Below, one piece after another: positions 56,544 through 64,000 of a stretch of 64,000 bases of DNA; position 1 is the first letter of the stretch, and each line of letters starts with the position of its first letter. The translations under genes and the position numbers were made by a program. Location of the stretch: the NCBI GenBank assembly GCA_001606155.1, contig LODT01000042.1, positions 79,758-143,757 of the forward strand, given 5' to 3'. Source of the stretch: Tieghemostelium lacteum. Lineage: Eukaryota. The notes under the pieces are model-generated. The model had not been told where the DNA came from and ran no database searches. It saw only the letters and a list, made by a program, of their open reading frames with translations.

Positions 56544-57437
56544 ATGGTTTTACAAGATGTTGTAGTTAAAGAAAAATTCTTTTTTAAATTATGGAATGGA
56601 TACGAACCAGGTTACATTTCTGGACTGATGGGTATTTTATCTCAAGATGAATTTAATAGAATTCTAAAGGAATATAACAAAGCTGCTGAAAAAGCTATGA
56701 TTAATTTGATAGTTTATACAATCAGTGCTATTATAATTTCTATAGTCCCAAGTGTTACTATAAAAATGCAAATGAAAGGAATGCCACCCCTTACCAAAGA
56801 CAGTTTAAACAATATTCAAGAAATGAAACCAATCATCACATTTGCATGTTTAGTTGGAGGTATAGCTCTACCAATTGCTGCCTATAAAATCTATAGAACC
56901 ATACAGCTAAACCGAGATCTCACCAGAATTACTAAGATATTTAACAAGGAATTTGAAACCAGACAAATTGTATTTAACAGCTCTAAAAAAGAATATATGG
57001 TCAAAGGTAAAAAAGAAATATCTTATGCTCTGTCTATTAGTTACAATGCTACCGTAGGTGCTCCAATAAATACTACCATTTATGCTACTCCTTCGATTAC
57101 ATCTAGCGGTGCTACTATCATTCATCCACCTACTGCTACCATTGTGACTCCGATGAATACAAGTTATGGTCATATTCCACCACCCGTATATCCACAGCCA
57201 TCTTTCCCTCAACAACCATCTTACCCACAACAACCATACCCACAACAACCATACCCACAACAGCCATACCCACAACAACCATACCCACAACAACCATCTT
57301 ACCCAACTCTCCCAAGAGCCCCATCACAACAAGTTCAACAAGTTCAACAACAAGTCCAACAAACTCAAGAAAAAGTTCAACAGACATCTGATTATGTTCA
57401 AATGGAAATGGATACTTTCTCAACTAGTGAAGAGTAA
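56544..57437 (+). CDS. Membrane protein with a prion-like C-terminal (PQQPY)n repeat, 297 aa.
   Basis: Two hydrophobic helices (LIVYTISAIIISIVPSV, ITFACLVGGIALPIAAYKIY). C-terminal PQQPSYPQQPYPQQPYPQQPYPQQPYPQQPSYP, encoded by perfect 15-bp tandem repeats at about 57225-57300. Confidence 0.4.
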   Translation: MVLQDVVVKEKFFFKLWNGYEPGYISGLMGILSQDEFNRILKEYNKAAEKAMINLIVYTISAIIISIVPSVTIKMQMKGMPPLTKDSLNNIQEMKPIITFACLVGGIALPIAAYKIYRTIQLNRDLTRITKIFNKEFETRQIVFNSSKKEYMVKGKKEISYALSISYNATVGAPINTTIYATPSITSSGATIIHPPTATIVTPMNTSYGHIPPPVYPQPSFPQQPSYPQQPYPQQPYPQQPYPQQPYPQQPSYPTLPRAPSQQVQQVQQQVQQTQEKVQQTSDYVQMEMDTFSTSEE

Positions 57438-57503
57438 AATATTAATTCCATATATGTAGTAATGTATTTAATAGTAAAAAAGAAATAAACAAAATCAAAT
57501 TAT

Positions 57504-59088
57504 TTATTTAACAATTTTAATTATTTTAACTTTGTCCCATTTATCATCGTAAATTCGATATTTAAAGAGATAATCTGGATCAGTGTATTGGTATTGAAAA
57601 GTTATGATATTATTGTTTAGATGTAATTTAAAGTATTTAAATTTCAGGTTGTCTAGTGCCAACGGTGGATCTGCTAGTTTTGTAACTTTACTGGTCTTAA
57701 TGTCATAGACTATCAGACCGAAGACACCTTTAGCAGTGACTATATAAATTTTCTCATTAATTTCATCTAAAAGAGATGCAGCACAATGTTCATCTGCCAA
57801 CACAATTTCGCATTTAGATTGTTTAGTCACCAGATTAACAATATCAATTCTGGTTTGAAGTGTCTGTGTATCCGATTGAACTACATACAGCGTCTCTTTT
57901 GTCTTATCCAAGCCACCATAAATCTTGTCAATAAACACATTGTCATTGAGTGACAATATCAGTTTTTTTCCCATGGTATTAATATCAATACTGTATATGT
58001 CAATACCCTTTTTAACCTTGTCTATAAACCCAACACAATAATATACAATCTCTTTCGCCTCATCAAATACAGCTGAACGTCTGACATAGTTTTTCTGAAA
58101 GTAAAAATCACCATTTTCAAATTTTGGCACACAAAAGGGTTTAACTGTAAGTGTGTAGTATTTACCATTCACCATATGATATAGTTTATCTTCAAACAAG
58201 ACATCATTTATACAATAGGAATTGTTTTCTGTGACTTTACTGGTATTCTTCAGTGACTCTGATGTGTTATTAATGATATCCACTCTCTCCAATTCATGAT
58301 TATTCAAAAAATTATAGAGATATACATTTCTAGGGTTCATTTGAACTAGTTTCATTGTTTGAATCTCTGATTCCATACTATTTAATTTTGCTTTAAATTT
58401 GAGGAAATCCAATCCATCCCTCTTCTCAATCTCTCTTAGAACCTGATTGAAATTCTCTAGAAATTCAATCTGCTGTTGTTGGTCCTCTTGTCTTGTCTGA
58501 CAACCATCACTACCATCAACATCCACAATTGAACTATCAATCAATTGTTGATGTAGCGATAGAAATTGCTCAAACTTTTGTATCTGATAGTCCAATTTCG
58601 AAGTTGATTCTATAAAAGATTCTGTATTATCATCGAAATAGGACTTTAATTCCCTCTTTAGCTCTAGTTCTTTAAAATGAAGTTGATCATGTAACTCTTT
58701 AAAATGCTTATTGATAATATCCAATTGGGTTTCATGATGCAACTGTACCTCTATTTTATAAACTTCTTCATTCAGTATCTTTTGTTGCGTCTTATTGTTT
58801 ATCTGCTGTTGAATAGTTGCAAGATACTCTTTACTCTTATTTAGCTTTGCACAATAAACATCTTCAAAATCAAATAATTCATGATGTTTATGTTTATATG
58901 CACATTTTGTGCAAACTGTTGTCTTACAATCTACAAATTTCATATCATATTGCCAATTTAGTAAATACAAATTAATTCCTTTAAAATCCTATTACTATGG
59001 AAAACATACTATTATCACAGTATAGACTAATTGGTTTAAGATGATAGCCGTCAGCGCACTCTGTGACTTTTTCTCCTTCGTCTTGCAT
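57504..59088 (-). CDS. B-box zinc-finger / coiled-coil protein, paralog of the gene at 33776..35245. Two exons: join(57504..58930, 59010..59088). The B-box is split by a phase-1 intron.
   Basis: Exon 1 MQDEGEKVTECADGYHLKPISLYCDN ends with A|GTATGT. A 79-nt intron ends in tttgtAG. Exon 2 ...NCKTTVCTKCAYKHKHHELFDFEDVY is in frame with ORF 57504..58970. The spliced B-box CADGYH...LYCDNNCKTTVCTKC..H..HH parallels the single-exon paralog CEEHSKSFVLCCISCRKLLCTKCLANHSTH. Shared coiled-coil motif HFKELHDQLHFKELELKRELKSYFDDNTE. Confidence 0.6.
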
Positions 59089-59257
59089 ATCCCTATGAAA
59101 AATTACTCTAAAAAAAATTTTTTTTTATCATATTTATTTAACTCATTTGATATTATATTTAATTATTTGGAAAGATAGACTAAAGTGGTTGTTTATTATG
59201 ATTAATGTTTGTGATAATTGCAAATTTTTTTAAAAATACTTTGAATTTTTTCCAACA

Positions 59258-60122
59258 ATGAACACAGATAATAATCATAATACACAACCAACAAGTTTTA
59301 ATGATAATGATATACCGAAAGAACATTGGAATAGTGAATCAGTTCAAAAATGGTGTAAGGTAATAGGAATACCTTATTCTGATATTAAACTTATTCGTGA
59401 TAATAATATTAAAGGGAGATGGTTAGTTCTAAAAAAAGACAACAAAAATTCAAGTTTCTGCTAATTCAGCTTTTGAAATATATTTAAAGTTCAACCCCAA
59501 CCCCACCAGTACTGGTATGTCAACTAACACCTATCACTAATTATACTTTTGTATATTAGATTATTATAATATATTTTTATGATAGGATGATATTAATACA
59601 CTTTTATAACAGAGTTAAAGTATAGTCCTGGTAAACCTCTTCAACCAACAACACAACCATAACTGAGGAAAACATTAAAAACTTGATATCTAAGGTACAA
59701 GGTATTGATGATTCTGTTGCTGAGTCTATTGCTGAGCAACTTGTTTCAAATTTTATCAACCAATTTGATCTTATTCTTCAAACCTTAAATGACATTGAAC
59801 TGAGACCAAAGTATTTTCCCAACTGGAAGGATGGTCAAATTTTTCAACTTAGAAATATTTTGGAGTCCCCTGGTATGTAAATAAACACCAATCACTAATA
59901 TAAACACATTTTACACTTTTATACTAACATATTTTGTAACATAAACTTAATTATAGGTTTTACAGAGTTTATAGATATGACCTATAATATAAACCCTACT
60001 TACAAAAGTATCATTGAAGAAGAAGAGAAAATAGTATTAGACTTAAATATGCCTTATGAAGGAAGAGATAATGAAATAGAAGATATTGTAGAAGTTTATA
60101 AGAATAACAATATACCAGAAAT
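59258..60122 (+). pseudogene. Truncated, degenerate copy A of a tandemly duplicated SAM-like gene.
   Basis: Exon structure parallels copy B (same GTATGT donors and conserved intron sequences). Exon 1 has internal deletions and a premature stop (…WLVLKKDNKNSSFC*). Exon 3 diverges from copy B after ...YKNNNIP at about 60120, where an unrelated antisense gene fragment begins. Confidence 0.5.
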
Positions 60123-60134
60123 CTTTTCCTTGTA

Positions 60135-60480
<346 letters not shown>

Positions 60481-61069
60481 TAATCTTCTCCATATCAAGA
60501 TGAAATAAAGGAAGATGATAATGAAGAGTTTGAACCAAATGAAGATGACTCCATCTACACTCAGAAAACCAGGTTGTTCTTGGATGCAAAGTTTGATTAC
60601 ACAAAGATAAAAACCCAGATCAATTCCAATTACGAGCACATGTACACTAATACTTGGAATCCCTTACATGATCCATATTTATTGAAGCACCCGGATTCTG
60701 AACCAAAAGATCTTCCTGATTCTATCAAAACTCCTACTGATTTCTTTACTCTTTGATGATCTAGTGAAAGACCTGACCCTAGCTTCTAAAAGGTACATAG
60801 ATTATAAAAACCACATTAAATCCTTCTATTAAACCATCATGAAGGAAATGGAAGTTGCAGAAACAGATATTAAAAAATAGATTGTAGATTTCTTTGTGTA
60901 AGACTTAAGTTATATTAAGGATAGTTATATTAAGTTCTAAAGTGTTATATGTATCTTTAATGTACTATAGACCCTACTGAACCACAATGGTTAATGTTTA
61001 TTATATGTTTATTAGAGACCCTAGATCTCTTAATATTACTATATATGGAAATGTTACTAGTTTTGTCTA

Positions 61070-62478
61070 TTGTTCTATACTAAGACAAGTTACCTAAACA
61101 GACCAATGTCTGACATCTTTGTGCTTGGTCTCTATCGCGTTCCTACTGTATCAGACCATTGGAACAATTCAGATTTTTTTATAAAATCTCTGGAGCCAGT
61201 GTTTCCATTTTCTAAATGGAAGTTTATACATCGTGTTTTACATTGTACCGGATTCTATAACGACCCAGGCTATGAAAATCCAGTGCAAGATACAGACAAC
61301 TCCACATCCATTGAAACTCTTTTAAATCAAGCAAACAAAAATAATGTAAAAATTAATGATTTAACTTGGCTGATTAATCACTGTAATTTAAAGATCAAAA
61401 AGCATTATTCTCATATGTTGGTATTGGCATTGGATGATGATCTTTATAAATGGACCGGTAGAGGAGGAACTAAAAAGTATTTACCTGCAAAAGCAGATGG
61501 CATTGGTAACATTTTATGGAAACTGGCTGACGAGAATAAATATATCTTCCATTTTGAAGTAGAAAATTATGTAAAACGTAATCTAAATCCAAACGAAAAA
61601 TTGAACCAAATAATATTAAAGTAGAAGCTGCAGTTCCAAATGGTCTATTTTGTTTTGTAATAGATGCTGGTATTCTTGGATCAGTTGAAAACGCTGAATA
61701 TCTACATTCACAAGGAAGATTTTTCATTGTTTCTGTCTCATCCACCAGAATTAAATCAACTCTAGATCGTGTTCTTGACAATGCCAGATCTAAAAAGGTT
61801 GTAGAGAGAATATCAGGGGATGTAGGAACTGTTCTTTGTGGTATCTCTCAAGATGATATTGTTAGTATAGCATGGAAGGCAAAGAGAGATAAGATTGTGT
61901 ATTTTTACACCAACATATCTAATCCTTTAGCAGCTACAAACAAACAACAATCCTATTATCCTCGTATTGCCTCTGTATACAACTATACTCACAACTATGT
62001 TGACGTAAGTAAAATGATCGTTAATAGACACAGAAACATACGCAGAGCAAGAATTTATTGGAGATCTATTTTTAATGATATTTTTAACATAATGCTGTTT
62101 AACTCCTTTATTTTATATACTCTCGTAAGTAAAAAAAATCAACGTTCATCACTATCTTACAGGGAGTATAAAAAATCAATTGCCTCAGACATGTCATTGA
62201 AAGTGAATACAACACCTACAACCACTAACACTATAGTCTTTCCTGAATTGATAAATTCAACCAAAAAAAGTGTAAATATACTAATTGCACACTGTTTGGA
62301 TCAACCAAACACTCAAGACCCACCTCCCAATGTGTTTGCCACAAAGAGAATTATCACACCTATTGTGCAGTTGCTGTTCACAACCCTAACATGCAAACGA
62401 AAAGAAAAAACACCAACACCACAACAAATAATAATATTATGGATAATAATGAATCTAATGTATAATTTCTGCCTATAA
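61070..62478 (+). mobile_element. Degenerate piggyBac-like (PGBD/DDE_Tnp_1_7) transposase remnant. It is split over at least three frames and is N-terminally truncated.
   Basis: ORF 61070..61624 contains KWTGRGGTKKYLPAKADGIGNILWKLADENKYIFHFEVE, which resembles the piggyBac F(K)GR..KQYMPNKP.KWGIK.W.LADS.TGYVYNFEVYTG block. A shifted frame at 61624 onward (…GLFCFVIDAGILGSVENAEYLHSQGRFFIVSVSSTRI…VYFYTN) and ORF 61897..62478 (RIYWRSIFNDIFNIMLFNSFILY, compare piggyBac W..R.FF.LLD.A.VN.YILY) continue the same protein order. Frameshifts imply inactivity. Confidence 0.55.
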
Positions 62479-62657
62479 ATATATAAATAAATAAATATTC
62501 TATTCCTTAATCCTTAAATCATAGTACTGTTTTTGCCTTTATTTTGTCCTTTTTTGCCACTTGTGTCCATTTTGGCACGGATTCACACTTTGCTCTCCAG
62601 ACACTTTAAATAACCCTTAAGGGTTATTTTATTTTTTTTTGTGTTCTTAATTAAAGC

Positions 62658-63732
62658 ATGAGCACAGATACACAACCAACAAGTTTTAATGACATTGATA
62701 TACCAAACAAACATTGGAACAATGAATCAGTTCAAAAATGGTGTAAATTCATTGGAATACCTGAAAAGGATATAATAATTATTAGAAATAATGAGGTAGA
62801 TGGATTCTGTTTAATATTTGAACATAAAAATGGAAATTTAGGCAAAGTATTAAAGGATTTAGGTGTATCACTCCCTTCTTCAGCTAGAATTCGTGCAAAA
62901 TTCCCACCTATTCAGCCAACTACAACCACAACTATAAGTACTGGTATGTAAACTAACACCTATCACTAATTACACCTTTGTATATTAGATTATAATATAT
63001 TTTTATGATAGGATGATATTAATACACTTTTATAACAGAGTTAAAGTATAGTCCTGGTAAACCTCTTCAACCAACAACTACAACCATAACTGAGGAAAAC
63101 ATTAAAAACTTGATATCTAAGGTACAAGGTATTGATGATTCTGTTGCTGAGTCTATTACTGAACAACTTTTTTCAAATTTTATCAACCAAATTGATCTTA
63201 TTCTTCAAACCTTAAATGACATTGAACTGAGACCAAAGTATTTTCCCAACTGGAAGGATGGTCAAATTTTTCAACTTAGAAATATTTTGGAGTCCCCTGG
63301 TATGTACATAACACCAATCACTAATAGAAACACCTTTTACGCTTTTATACTAACATATTTTGTAACATAAACGTAATTATAGGTTTTACAGAGTTTATAG
63401 ATATGACCTATAATTTAAACCCTACTTACAAAAGTATCATTGAAGAAGAAGAGGATATAGTATTAGACTTAAATATGCCTTATGAGGGAAGAGATAATGA
63501 AATAGAAGATATTGTAGAAGTTTATAAGAATAACAATATACCTGCTTTTATTAGAAAAGTGAAAGCAATACAAAATTATAGATTACCACTTGTAACTGTA
63601 ATATATTACATTACTATATCGAGAATTACTATATATGTAATCTATTATGCTTACTACAATCTAATAATAATTAGTAATCTTACTTCCATTTATAGAATAT
63701 CTGTAATCTCTAAGAAAACTATAAATACTTAA
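62658..63732 (+). CDS. SAM-domain-like protein, copy B (apparently intact). Three exons: join(62658..62943, 63039..63299, 63383..63732), about 298 aa.
   Basis: Exon 1 (…EHWNNESVQKWCKFIGIPEKDIIIIRNNEVDGFCLIFEHKNGNLGKVLKDLGVSLPSSARIRAKF…) has the sterile-alpha-motif pattern W..L.SIG...Y...F....IDG..LL.LT..DL..LG......RI. Phase-1 GTATGT..AG introns of 95 and 83 nt link the three listed ORFs into one frame. The low-complexity tail of exon 3 may hide a further intron. Confidence 0.5.
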
Positions 63733-64000
63733 ACAATCCTAATAAACACAAGACTTTTAATAAGAACTATAATCTTATATATTATACAATCTTAATTATA
63801 TTTCAACTCTTAATTTTATTACTTTGTTATTCATATATATATAATCATTATATCTTAAATCAGCACTATAAATTATTACATGGTGTCTATCCAAAAACTT
63901 GTACATTAAAAAATTACGCCGATGAAAAAACATTAATCTATTAGAAAAATTAATAGATTAATAAACAAATCGATAAATTGAACTAAGTTCATTTTAAAAT

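Noticed and set aside
56907-57459. ORFs 56907..57293(-), 57136..57423(-) and 57166..57459(+), with LLWVW / MVVVG / HTHNN repeats
   Set aside because: All are alternative readings of the (caaccatacccacaa)n repeat whose sense frame belongs to the 56544..57437 gene.
61021-61060. gagaCCCTAGATCTCTTAA as the 5' terminal inverted repeat of the piggyBac-like element
   Set aside because: Suggestive (CCCTAG next to TTAA), but I found no matching inverted copy at the other side and the transposase is N-terminally truncated. Mentioned only as a lead under the palindrome finding.

Overview
Eukaryotic nuclear DNA, not a prokaryotic locus. It is very AT-rich with homopolymer A/T runs between genes, short GT..AG introns (GTATGT/GTAAGT donors, roughly 40-200 nt), poly-Q/N/S/T coding repeats and TTG-adjacent reading-frame continuations. 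The overall character is that of a dictyostelid social amoeba (Dictyostelium-like) chromosome arm.

Recognisable housekeeping and conserved genes (strand in brackets):
- XRCC1 (-)
- MED4 (+)
- SPCS1 (-)
- ribosomal protein S23 (+)
- EHD/RME-1 ATPase (+)
- mitochondrial-type alanyl-tRNA synthetase (+)
- BCS1 AAA ATPase (-)
- a large PI3-kinase (+)
- a DH-PH RhoGEF (+)
- an SDR reductase (+)
- a GNAT acetyltransferase (+)
- an MFS transporter (-)

Accessory and surface genes:
- an AA10-type LPMO (-)
- an FG-GAP/EGF-like integrin-alpha-like protein (-)
- a 6-exon Asn/Thr-rich beta-helix-like membrane protein (+)
- a STAND NTPase-TPR protein (-)
- two F-box/LRR-like proteins (+)
- two B-box/coiled-coil paralogs (-)

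The most striking feature is a cluster at 3.7-12.6 kb of three paralogous genes of about 840-875 aa. Each is split by one conserved phase-0 intron, which the ORF track mis-renders as a small ORF plus a large ORF. Each encodes an N-terminal soluble domain, an alpha-helical region, two very hydrophobic helical hairpins and a C-terminal beta domain with spaced xW motifs. The architecture looks pore-forming-toxin- or lectin-like, and the function is unknown.

The 3' end of the window is a rearranged accessory patch. A SAM-like three-exon gene is tandemly duplicated, one copy intact and one truncated and degenerate. The two copies flank a frameshifted piggyBac-like transposase remnant and a bacterial-type proline iminopeptidase pseudogene fragment.

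I found no rRNA, tRNA or CRISPR features.
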